Positions 27,901 to 40,168 of a DNA stretch of 64,000 bases are shown here, one piece after another. This DNA comes from the human T2T-CHM13v2.0 reference genome, Homo sapiens. The position numbers and the translations under genes were made by a program. The notes under the pieces were generated by a model. It did no database searches and was not told where the DNA came from. It was given only the letters and a program-made list of their open reading frames with translations. Each line of letters begins with the position of its first letter. Within the stretch, counting starts at the first letter, position 1. The stretch lies in the NCBI RefSeq assembly GCF_009914755.1, contig NC_060934.1, one strand, 5' to 3'.

Positions 27901-29229
27901 CACATCTGTTCTGTGTTTGGGGTTGATGAAAATGCCCCGTATCACATCAGTAGCAGCCAGTGATGGAAATACCAAGTGTGCTCTGAACACCTGCATGGGG
28001 TTTCTATTGAGGAAGTGAGACTCAAGCTTACTGTTTCCTGCTGCACTCCATTGGAATTGAAATTGGTGAACAGATTTCTATGATTCCTGCGCTCATTGCT
28101 CTTTTTATCCTATTAGTGGACAACTAATAAACAAAGAGAATTTAAAGTCAAGTCTACTGAAGTGGCCAACCGTGTTGTCTAAAAGGCTAAGAATGTGAAT
28201 GTTTTCTGACAGGTACATTACAGCAGTTTTCATTTTAAAATTTATACCCAAGAATATGTGGGTTACTGCTTGTCTTTGATTTATTTTTAATGTGGACAAT
28301 GAACCCCAAACATGAAGAAGATGGTTTGGCGAAATGTTTGTAACATATGTCCTTTGGGAAGTGGCTTCATAAACTGGAGAATAGAACAAGAAATCTACGC
28401 TTAAATCTCAGCTTCAAGACTTCAGGATCCCAAGTGGTGATCCTGGGGCTACTGCTAAAATTCACTGAGATTCAGCTTGATTATATATGAAAACAGAGAT
28501 CACCTTCAATCTCATCAGCCACAGAACCTGTCACACTGTGTGCATCTCTATCTCCATGCCTGGGGTCATGCCTTTATGCATGTAAATTTAATGGTCTCCT
28601 CATTCTAACTTCCTATAAGATTGAAACACAGAGGTCTGCGGGGCCTTTCCCGCTTGACCCATAATGTAATGTAAAGACCCATCCTAACACTGGCCTTGTG
28701 ATGGGCCCTCCCTGTCTCCCTTCTTTTACATCATTCCCAACAAAAGCAACCCATCATAGTTATTTTACTAATAGTTGAGTAAAAAATGTAAAATTACCTC
28801 TCTCTCTATTACTTTTAGAATGTATAAAAATCAACAGGGAGTCTTCACCACAGGCTCCTAATATGAAAGTGTCTGTGCAGGAAAATCCATAAGCTAGGGT
28901 GACTTTTGAGTTAAATTAAATTTTATGGCTCAAAAAATGCTTTGCTTGGTTTTCACTACCATTATAAAGCAAAGAGGATAATTTCAGATTCAGTTTCTAC
29001 AAAGGATTGCTTTGGGTTGATACAGGCTTTATGTTAGTGGCATGGAAGTATTTGCATCTGCACATTGATATGTAGTGAAATAGGCTGTAAAAGATAAGAT
29101 CAATTTCCTGTTAAAGGTAAAAAGGCCAATGTAGCCAGATACATTAAGTTTTTTTTTTTCCATTTGTCATTCAGGACCGTTTGACAGTTTTACATTAGCT
29201 GTGAAAGGCACCAACTGGTACACTACTGT

Positions 29230-29550
29230 CAAGACTTAGAAAGTAGGCACACGTACACAAACACGCACACATGCTGATGTAAAATATAAATATAAACAGA
29301 TAGAAGCCTGGACCATACATATGAGTGCCAAAAATGCAGTTGTCACATGCATACACACCTATTAAAACATGGCAACACAATCTTATAGCAAAGACATGCA
29401 CACACAGGTACAAGGACATTGACCAGATGACACAATGACACAGCTGGGATTGACAATTACAGGTGAGCAAGCAAGATGAGGGCTAATGTCCATAGGAGCC
29501 AAGAGACCTAGAGACCCTCATGTAAACACACAGAGATGTATGCATATGTG

Positions 29551-29590
<40 letters not shown>

Positions 29591-29700
29591 TGAAAAGAGA
29601 GACCCAGAGACAAGGCCAGACAAGAACACAAAGATCAACACTTACGTACACATAACTAAAAGGCATGCTCCAAAGTGTGCTAGAGACTCAGAAACATAGA
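29230..29700. repeat. Degenerate CA-rich region with a pure (CA)n at 29552-29587
   Basis: Many ACAC/CACA motifs surrounding a perfect CA run. Confidence 0.8.
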
Positions 29701-30599
29701 CCCTCACTCATTCATGTAGCCACGGCCTCCTGACCTCTGGTTAGCTATGTTTTCATTTTGTACTGAGACCTTTAAAGTAATTTATTTGCTTCAAGACTCT
29801 TCATTGACTCCTCCTTCGTCCGTTATATTTGGTCTACTTTGAAGTGTAATTCATTTCAAATTATGTTTTTAGGTTTAATTCCTACAATTCAGGTTCTCAT
29901 GCATCATCTGGACTATTACAGTGGCTACCGGAAATTACTTGGAGTCCGTCTAGCCCTCCCCAAGTCATTCAAAATTACCCATGTGTGGTACATCATTACT
30001 GGGTAGAAGAACTGCTTCTAAAACCAAAAAATAACATAGAGTTCATTGAGTCCATTTTATATGTAAAATTTTGAAAGACTAGTAGTCCCATTATTGCACA
30101 CACATCAATTCCAAATTGTTCTTTTCAACCTTGAGTAATTTCAAGGTTGAAATTAACCATTCTCCTTTATCTTTTATCCTCTATCCCTTTACCTTTATCT
30201 CCCTTCATACTTACCTCTTTCCAGCCACTTAAATTTTCCTTGTTTCCTCTTTATGCACCTGTTTTTTTCGTATCTCCATAATTTTGCCCATCATTAAGCC
30301 AATCTTTCCTCATTCTAGCCTCCTTTAATAATGCTAATATGAATAGTTGCCTGGCCCTTCGCTCTGACAATTACATCCTATTTCTTCTGTTTGTTTTAAG
30401 TTTAGAAATCCCACCTGTATTCAAGATCTCATTCATTTATATTTCAAGCCTTAATTAGTAGGCTGTATCCTCTTGTAGCTATAAGTAGCACAGAGCTTAG
30501 TACTGTACTTAATTTTTCTTTCAGTCCTTTTCAATATATCAGTTCTCCCCAAATGAAATACAGTCTTCCAGAAGACAGGATCTCCACTTTCTTCTTATC

Positions 30600-31660
30600 C
30601 TTGGCATTTTCCAACCCCTGGCTCACTCTGTTATGATTTTGAGCACTCCACATCCTCATACTGGGGCATCTAGTTCCTGCTGCTTAAACTTCTGACTCCC
30701 AATGCTGTATCCTCAATCCCAGTTAGAATTCCAAACTCCAGATCTCTACTTCCCATTTTCTAATGATTGAAGCCTATTTAAGCCCCATGGATTAATTTCA
30801 ATTTACAAATTCCTGAAACAGTACAACCCTTTCCCATTATCTTACTCTAAATTGATTTTTCCCTCTCTTTTTTAAAAAAATTATGGTTAATTGTCCTACC
30901 ATACATCCAGTCATCCAAGTTAGAATCTCAGGCATTAATTTTTACCTTCTTGTTTCCTTTGTTTCTTCCCCAACATTAGGGACATTAAGACCTACCCTTA
31001 TATGGCCTTGCTACCCATCACTTTCTGTCATCCTCTCTGAGTGCTGCTCTGGGCCATCCCCTCACCAACACGAGGTCAGGCAAGAGGGGATGATTGGCTT
31101 CAAGCTGCTTCTTTGCTTGCAATTTTGCCTCCTGTGATCAGCCTCTCTGATGCTAACAGAATCATCATTCTGAAAGACAAACCTGATCTTGTCTTTCTTA
31201 TTGAAAAAAAACTTTAAAGGCTCAAGAGTGCCCTCAAATAAAGTCCAACCTCCTTTAGCAGCAGCGCCTTTTACAGCATCACCTTGACCTACCATCTCAG
31301 CTCAACCATCCCTTCCCTTCCATTTGCATCCAGACTATACTTTCCTCTAAATGCTGAATACATCATGTCTGTGATCATTGTTTACCAATTTCCCTTTATC
31401 CAAATGCTTCATTTACTGTTCTACCTGGGAAACTATGCTAGATTTTCAAGACTCAGTTCTGAAGGCATCCACAATTTGCTCTGGGAAAATTAAACATTTC
31501 CATAACATGTTCTACAAACTTGTAAGATAGCACTCATTATGTGGTTAGCTGTTCACATATCTTTCTCCCTAATTGGACTGTAAGTCCTTAGAGAATAGAT
31601 CCTATATCTTATCCATCATTGTCTGCCCAGTATGATGTCAGGTAATCTGTGCATAGAATT
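30600..31660 (+). mobile_element. L2 LINE fragment(s)
   Basis: catccagtcatccaagttagaatctcaggcatt...; ctccctaattggactgtaagtccttagagaatag. Confidence 0.6.
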
Positions 31661-32762
31661 ATTGGCTAAGTTGCTCATGCCAAAAAATACATACTTTGGT
31701 AGACGGATACTATTTATTGCCTACCTAATATAAATTCTCTAGTTTATATATATCATTTCATTTGATTTCTACAGTAACTCCATGATATAGTTGCAATTGT
31801 TCCTGTTTTCCTAGTGAGATATCTGTGGTCTAGAGAAAATAAGAATTTGACCACGTTAGTCTGTTTACTTTTCTTTTAGCCCATCATACTCTTTCCGTCA
31901 GCAGAATTGAAAACGTGTTCATAAGACATTACCCTTGCATCCAACTTAGGAAGCTCTGGAATAAACAACAGGAGCAAGTTTCTTCTTGTAGTAGTTCTCA
32001 AAGTCTTTAATACATTAATATGAATCTTCAAGTTTGTCTATACTGCACAGTACTTCCCAGATCTATTGGCTTTAGAAGCCATTTTATGAGATTCTCATGC
32101 AGGATATCCTTTGGGAAATGTAACCTTATATGAAAATGCTGTCTTTAAATAACTTCTGGTGTTCTTAGTCTTTAGGAGAGAACTCCTCTTTCCCAACTCT
32201 TTCTCAGGAGCATATACACATCCCTACCCAAGTGCTTCTTCAGTGATACTAATTTCTGACTGAAGTGATTGGCACATCACATCCTGGAATCCTGGAGACC
32301 TCCTCCTGTTATATGCCTCTTTTTGCTCTCAGCAGAGAGGAGAGAGATAGAAATGCATGCTTGCTGCTCCCTATATGTTTCTATCCATGCCCAAACACGT
32401 AGGCTACCCTCTGTCACAGAGCACACTGAAGGGGAGAGAATGCTTGGATTGAGCTGATTGAACTCCTTGGTTGTCTCCCATCTCCAGCGGTGTTTGGTTT
32501 GGGTTGAATGCTGTAGAGTTGCCTGTACCTTCTGCACTCTACAGGAGAAGCTGATTTATTTTTATCTCTGTCTGAGAACAACAACATGGCATCCCCTGAT
32601 CCCCCTGGTAATTTCCTGGGCTCAATGATTGCTGTTTTCCTTGACCTGTTTCACAGCTGGTGGCACTGCTACTGACCTGGATTTGTTTTCCTTAGCTCAA
32701 ATGACATAGTAGCCCAGGAGATGCATGGATTTGACAACACAAAGCCTCGATTTTTAAAACAA

Positions 32763-32764
<2 letters not shown>

Positions 32765-32819
<55 letters not shown>
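32765..32819. repeat. (CA)n microsatellite
   Basis: ~27 CA units with one interruption. Confidence 0.95.
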
Positions 32820-33434
32820 TCGGAGGGTTTTTGGAGTCAGAGAGAACATCAGTTCCACCCCTAGCTCCAAGACTCCAAATTTCAGGTCTGCTGCTTGCCA
32901 ATTAGGACAAGTTACTCAACATCGTAGCCTACCCTTTCCTTACCTGCGTAATAATGATAATATTATCTACCTCTCCGGGTTGTGAAGAGGATTAAATAAG
33001 ATACCTTAGTGCCTTGAAGATAGCAGCAGTCACTTAATGTTTGCTATGTTTATATTACTATCATTTTTCAATTTAGACTTTTATTGTTTCCCTTTATTAC
33101 ATTTACTGTATATTTTCTTTCTCATGAACTACCTATCTAGGCCTGATTGTGTGTTTTTTAATCTAAGGAGAAACTAAAAGAAAAATCTATTGATCCTTTC
33201 TACAAAGGGTTTGTGATTATCTGAGGAAATTAATCATAAACATAGGAAAAGGTTACCTATGATATATGCAATATTTTAATTATTTTTAAAAGAAAAGGTT
33301 ACTTTGTAGATAAACTTTTTAGATAAATCCATTAACACTCAAGTTTAATGTTTACATAATAACTGAGTACAAAGACCAAGATTTGAAAAGAAGTTTTTTA
33401 TGTGCGTATTACTTAGAGCATAATCCAACTAAAC

Positions 33435-34110
33435 CAGTGGAACTAAAAACTTTCAAGCCTAGAAAGTTTAGATTCTTAGAATAATTTTTTTTGACATGGT
33501 TTTTCTTTGTCATGAAGGCTAGAGTACACTGGAGAAATCACAGCTCGCTGCCACTTCTACCTCTTGGGCCTATGTGATCCTCCCACCTCAGCCTCACGGG
33601 TAGCTGGGACCACAGGCGTGCGCCACCACATCCAGCTAATATTTTCTATTTTTTTGTAGAGACAGAATCTTGTTATTAAACATGAACAAATGGGATAAAC
33701 TAAAAGAAAGATTAATTCAGTCTACCAAGACTAAATTAGAAAGAAATTAAAAATCGGAACAGACCTATAACCAGTAAGGAGAAGAAAAAATATTGCCCTG
33801 GTTGATCTCAAACTCCTGGCCTCAAGCAGTCCTCCTGCCTCAGCCTCCAAAAGTGCTGGGATTATAGGTGTGAGGCACTGTGCCCAGCCCATGTAAATTA
33901 TCGAAGAGCCCAAAGAGCTTTTGCTTATGTGGGTCTTACCCATCAATATTAATGATAGTAAAATTAATATGAGAAGACTTTTAAAATATTTTATTGGTTA
34001 ATGTAGAAAATAAAAATAAAACCAATGTATTATAAATATTCTAATGAAAAATAAATTATTTTCCAAAACGCCCTCACACATAAAAATGAGAAAAAGGGAT
34101 GATGTACATG
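33435..34110. mobile_element. Charlie1-like hAT transposon end, interrupted by an AluJ
   Basis: CAGTGG start; after the Alu, gaagagcccaaagagcttttgcttatgtggg matches Charlie1-type internal sequence. Confidence 0.6.
33485..33889 (-). mobile_element. AluJ carrying a ~114 bp L1-derived insert (33677-33790)
   Basis: AluJ-type sequence (ctcctggcctcaagcagtcctcctgcc) split at tcttgtta|...|tattgccc. Confidence 0.85.
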
Positions 34111-34114
34111 CATA

Positions 34115-37100
34115 TGTTTCATTGTGATTAAAAATGCATAAAATAAAATTTCCCCTTTTAACAAAATTATAAGTATAAAAGACAGTATTAACTATAAGCA
34201 CGATGAGGTACAGCAGATCTCTAGAAGTTTTTCATTTTATGTGACTAATACTTTATATCTATTGAAAAGCAACTGCTCGGTTAGCCCTTTGCCCAGGCCT
34301 GGGAAAAATCATTCTACTTTCTGCTTCTATGAGTTTGACTATTTTAGATACTTTATATAAGTGGAATCGAGCAGTATTTGCCCTTCTGTGACTGACTTAT
34401 TTCACTTAGCATAATATCCTGAAGATCCATCCATGTTGTAGCATTTGACAGAATTTTCTTCTTTTTATGGCTAAATAGTATTTTATTGTATGTATTTACA
34501 AAATGCTGTTTACCTATCAAAGGTCATTTAGGTTTTTTATATCTCTTGGTTATAGTGAGTAATGCTGCAATGAATATGGGAGTGCAGATATCTCTCTTTG
34601 AGATCCTAATTTCAGTTATGTTAGATAAATACCCAAAAGTAGGATGGCTCAATCATATTATAGTTCTATTTTTAAATTCTTAAAGAAGACTTCATAGTGT
34701 TTTCCATAGCATCTGCACCATTTTAGGTATTCCAACCAGCAGTTCACAGGGGTTACAGTTTTTCCACATTTTTGTCAACACTTGTTATTTTATGTTTTTC
34801 TTTATCTTTGTAAATAAATATAATGGCCATACCAACAGGTATGAAGTGATATCTCATTATAATTTTGATTTTCATTTTTCTGATGATCAATGATATTGAA
34901 AATCTTTTCATATACCTATTGGCATTTGTATGTTTTCTTTGAAGAAATGTTTATTCAGGCCCTTTGCTCATTTCAAATCAGATAATTGGAGCTTTTTTTG
35001 CTACTGAACTATAGGAGTTTTTTTAAAAATTATATTTTAAGTGTTAACCCTTTATCAGATATATGGTTGGAAATATTTTCTCCTATTGTGTAGGTTACCT
35101 TTTCACTCTGTTAATTGTTTCTTTTGCTGTGCAGAAGCTTTTTAGTTTGATTTAGTCTCACTTATCTATTTTTTCTTTTGTTGTCTATTCTTTCGCTGTC
35201 ATATCAAAAAATGCATTTCCAAGAATAATGTCATGAAGCTTTTCCCTTGTGGTTTATTTTAGGAGTTTTACAGTTTCAGGTCTTACATGTAAGTCTTTAC
35301 CACATTTTGAGTTGCTTTTTATATATGCTGCAATATATGGATTCCATTTCATTGTTTTGCATATGGATTTCCAGTTTTCTGAACATCATTTGTTTAAGAG
35401 GCTATCTTTTCTCCATTATGTTCTTGGCATCCTTGTCAATGATTATTTGACGATAAATGCATTGGTTTATTTCTGGGCTGTGTTCTCTGTTCCCTTGACT
35501 ATATGTTTGTCTTATGCCAGTACCATATTTTTTTATTACTGTAGCTTTGTAATATGTTTTGAAATTACAGAGTATGAGGACTCTGACATTCCTCTTCTTT
35601 TTCAAGAGTGTTTTAACTATTTGGGGTCCTTTGTGGTTGCATATTAATCTTTTCTTTTATTTCTGTAAAGATTGCCTTGGGGTTTTGGAAAGGACTGCAT
35701 TGAATCTGTAGATTGCTTTGATACCATAGACATTTTAATAATATAGTATTAAGTCTTCCAGTCAAGAAAAGTAGAATGTATTTCCATTTATTTGTGTTTT
35801 TCAAAATTTCTTTCAGTAACATTTTGTAGTTTTCAGCATATAAGTCTTTCTTCTCCTTGCTTAACTTTATTCCTAAGTGTTTTATTATTTTTAATGCTAT
35901 TGTAAATGTAATTATTTTTTTAATTTTCTTTTCAGATTGTTCATTGTTAGTGTATAAACACAACTGATTTTTGCATGTTGATTTTATATACTACAACTTT
36001 TGTTGAATTTATTTATTAGTTCTGACAGGTTTTTGTGTGTGTGTGTGTGAAATCCTTAGGAGTTTCTTCATATAAGATCATGTCATCTGTGAGTAGAGAT
36101 TATTTTATTTCTTTTCATTTTTGATTATTTTATTTCTTTTTCTTGTTAAATTGCTCACACTAGAACTTCAGTACAATATTGAATAGAAGTGGCATGAGTG
36201 ACATCCTTGCCTCGTTCCTGACCTTAGGGGAAAAGCATTCAGGTTTTAACTGTTGAATATGTTGCTAGTGGTGAGCTTATTGGATATGGCCTTTATTATG
36301 TTTGGTAATTTCCTTCTATTCCTAGTTTGTTGAGTGATTTTATTATGACAGAACATTAAATTTTTTCAAATTCTTTTTCTGTATATCTTGAGATGATCAT
36401 GTGATTTTTATCCTTTATTCTGTTAATGTGGTGTATCACCTTGATTAATTTTTGTCTGTTGAACTATCCTTTCATCATAGGGATAAATTCCACTTGGTAA
36501 AAAAGTATATAATCCTCTTAGTGGGCTGTTGAATTTGATTTGTTAATATTTTGTTGAGATTTTTACATGCATATTCATCAGGAATATTGACTTGTAGATT
36601 CCTTTTCTTGCAGTGTCTTTTTCTGCCTTTGGCTTCAGGGTAATGCTAGCCTTATACATGAGTTTGGAGGGGGCCCCTCAACCACTTCTCAATTATTTGG
36701 AAGATTTGAGAAGAACTGTTGTTAATTCCTCTTTAAGTGTTTAGTAGAATTTACCAGTGAAGCCATTGGTCCTGAGTTTTTCCTTGTTGGATAGTTTTTT
36801 GTTGTTGTTTTTGTTTGTTATGTTTGGTGTTTTAACTGATTCAGTCACCTTACTTGTTATAGGTCTGTTCTGATTTTTCATTTCTTTCTAATTTAGTCTT
36901 GGTAGACTGAATTTATCTGTTTCTTTTAGTTTATACCATTTGTTGGTGTTTAATTACTCATAGTAATTTAATATAACCCTTTATATTTCTGTGGCATCAA
37001 TGTCTCCTCTTTCATTTCTAATTCTCTTCATTTAACTATTTTCTCTCTTTTCTTAGTTTAGATAAATGTTTATCAAGTTTATCTATCTTTTCAGAAAACA

Positions 37101-39410
37101 GCTATTAGTTTTGGTTTTTTATTGTTTCTATTCTCTATTTTATTTATTTTTGTTCTAACCTTCATTATTTTCTCCTTTCTGGTAGCTTTGGATCCAGTTT
37201 GGTCTTTTCCTAGTTTATCAAGTTGTAGAATTAGGTTGATTATTTGAGATCTTTCTCCTTTTTAAGATCTTTCTTCTTTTTTAATGTCAGTGTTCATTGC
37301 AATATACTTCTCTCTTACTACTGCTTTTGCTGCATGCCATAAAATTGGGTATGCTGTGACTTATTTTCATTTGTCTCAAGATATTTCTAATTTCCCATTT
37401 GATTACTTTTTAATTCAGTGGTTGTTCCAGAGTGTATTGTTTAATTTTCAACTATTAGTGAACTTTCTAGGTTCATTTTGGTATTTATTTCTAATTTCAT
37501 TCCACTGTAGTTAGAAAACATACTTTTGATAAGTTAGTCCTCTTAAATTTGTTAGGACAAGTCTTGTGACCTAACATGTAATCTATCCTGTAGAATGTAC
37601 TGTGTATACCTGAGAAGAAAGTTTATTCTGCTTTTACTGACTGGAATGATCCATATGTGTTTATAAGGCCCATTTGTTTTATATTGTGCAAGTTCTCTTT
37701 CCTTATTGATCTTCTGTCTGAATGTTCTGGCCATTATTGAAAGTGGGTATTGAAAGGTTCTACTGTTATTGTGTTGCTGTGTATTTCTCCCTTCAGTTCT
37801 GTCAATGTTTGCTTCATATGTTTAGATGCTCTGATATTGTATACATATGTATTTATAAGTGTTATATCATCTTGGTGAATTGACCTTTTTATCATTATAT
37901 AATATCCTTGCTCTTGTGACAGTTTTTGACTTAAAATGTATTTTGTCTGGTATAAGTATGGCCATCCTGCTCTATTTTTTTTTCTTTTTGAATGGAACAT
38001 GTTTTTTTTTCCATACTTTCAGTTTCAACAAATTTGTCCTTAAATCTGTATAGTCTTTTGTAGGCAGCAGATAATTGTATCTTTTTAATCTACTCTCTGC
38101 CACTCTATGTCTTCTGATTGAGGAGTTTAATGCATTCACATTAAAGGAATTCTTGAAAAGGAAGGACTTCTTTTTGCCATTTTGTTGACTGTTTTCTTTT
38201 GTTTTTGTAGTGCTTCTGGTCCTCTTTGTCTCTTTTGATATCTTCCTTTATGTTTCATTGATTTTTTATAGTGACATGCATTGTTTTCTTTCTCATTTAT
38301 CTTCTATAAATATTATCTTTAGCATTACCATGGGGCTTACATAATCATATTATAGCTTTAATAGTCTATTTTAAGCTGATAACAACTTAACTTCAATCAC
38401 ATACAAAAACTCTTCACTTTAACCTCTGTCCTCCTCTACCCTTTATGTTACTGATACCACAAATTACATCTTTTTATGTTGTGTATCAAATAGTATATTT
38501 TTATAGTTATTGCTATTTTTATGCTTTTGTCTTTCAACTTCTAAACCAGAATTAAAATTGATTTATGCACCATGCTTACAGTATTATAGTATTGTATATT
38601 TTTAATATATTTACCTTTACCAGTGAACTTTATATTTTATATGTTTTCAGTTTATCATTTAGCATCTTTCAGTTTCAATTTTTAGTACTCCATTAGCATT
38701 TTTTTGTAGGGCAGGTCTAGTGGAGTGGAACTCCCTCAGTTTTGTTCATCTGAGAAAGTACATACCTTCATTTTTTAAGGAGAGTTTTGCCAGGTATAAT
38801 ATTCTTGTTTGGCATTTTTTAAGCTCTATGAATATATCATCCAACTTCATTTTTGACTGCAAGGGTTCTGCTGAGAAATCCACTGATAGTGTTATGAGAG
38901 TTTTCTTCTACATAATGATTGGATTTCTGCTTGCTGCTTTCAAAATTCTCTTTGTCTTTGAATTTTGACAGTTAGATTATATGTGTCAGTGTGGACTTCC
39001 TTGGGTTCATCTTATTGGGGATTCATTTGCCTTCTTGAATCTGAGTGCATTTTTCCTTCTCCAGATTTGTGATGTTTTTGTTGTTTCTGTCCAGTAATTT
39101 TTTAAATAAACTTTTTTTTCTTTTCTCTCTATCTCTTTCCTCTCTCTGTTCTCCCCTGGGACTCCCATAATTCATGTAGTGGCCAGCTTGATAACTTTCC
39201 ATAAGTCACTTGGGCTTTCTTCATTCTGTTTTTCATTCTTTTTTCCTTTTTGCTCCTCTGACTGTATAATTTCAAATGACCTTTCTTTGGGTTCGTTAAC
39301 TCATATATCTCCTTAGTCAAGTCAGCTGTTGAACCATTCTAGTGAATTTTTCAGTTCAGTTATTGCATTCTTCAGGTGCAAACTTTGTTTTGCTTTTTAA
39401 ACTATATCTT
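34115..39410 (-). mobile_element. ~5.3 kb degenerate L1MB-type LINE-1 (ORF1 remnant, ORF2 remnant, 3' UTR)
   Basis: ORF 37734-38000 resembles the L1 endonuclease (YYIMIKRSIHQDDITLINTY...FNT); 35613-35963 resembles the post-RT region (LYTNNEQSE..IKHLGIKL); 35402-35605 has FKTYYKATVIK; many frameshifts and stops. Confidence 0.92.
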
Positions 39411-39540
39411 CTATATTTTTGTCTGCGGACCACATACTGAGAACTGCTGGTCTCAGCTGCTGTAACAAATATACCCAAGAATACAGAAGATCAAACAAGA
39501 TATTTAATAAAATAATATTTGCTCATGTAATTGTCTAATG

Positions 39541-39738
39541 CAGTGGTTCTCAACTAGGGGAAATTTTGCCCCTCAGAGGTATTTGGCAATGTCTAGAGAC
39601 ATTTTTGGTTGCCATGACTGGGGAGAGAGAAGTTACTGGCATCCAGGGATGCAACTAAACATCTTAAATATACAAAACAATCTCCCAGAACAAAGAATTA
39701 TCTAACCTCAAATGACAAGTTGAGGTACAGAAACTCTG
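39541..39738. mobile_element. MER20 hAT-Charlie MITE
   Basis: CAGTGGTTCTCAACTAGGGG...atttggcaatgtctagagacatttttggttgccatgactggg...caaagaattatct. Confidence 0.9.
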
Positions 39739-39998
39739 GCTTAAAGATGGGAGTTGAGGTGAGGAAGATGGTTATCTCCTCCGCAAGATCATCTAAGGGC
39801 TGAGGTTCCTTCTTTTCTAGTTGTCGTGTTGTTTCCCAAGGAGTTGCCCTTGTCTACAGAGTAAGTCCTGCCTCACTGGGATAACATCTACTTTTTTGCA
39901 AGAGGAATAGAATTACATGAGCAATTAGGTAAGCAAATATCCTTTTATCTTGTTTGACCTTCTGTATTCTTGGGTATATTTGTTATAGAAGCTGAGAC

Positions 39999-40168
39999 CA
40001 GTGGTTTTCAAGGTGTGGTCTGCAGAGAACCTTATAGGAAATATCTGGTGTCAAAACTATTTTTATAATAATGCTAAGATATTATTTACACTTTTCACTG
40101 TCTTGACATTTGCACCGATAGTATAAAATCAATGTCTGATAAAACTGCTGGCTGCTTAGTACAAATCA
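39999..40168. mobile_element. Charlie1-like terminal fragment
   Basis: CAGTGGTTTTCAAGGTGTGGTC...gtcaaaactatttttataataatgctaag...ttgacatttgcaccgat...aaaactgctgg. Confidence 0.75.

Noticed and set aside
37247-37284. 18-bp imperfect tandem duplication (agatctttctccttttta)
   Set aside because: Ordinary slippage inside a dead L1.
35249-39320. Several ORFs with endonuclease/RT-like motifs
   Set aside because: Frameshifted remnants of the dead L1MB element or its antisense strand, not a host gene.
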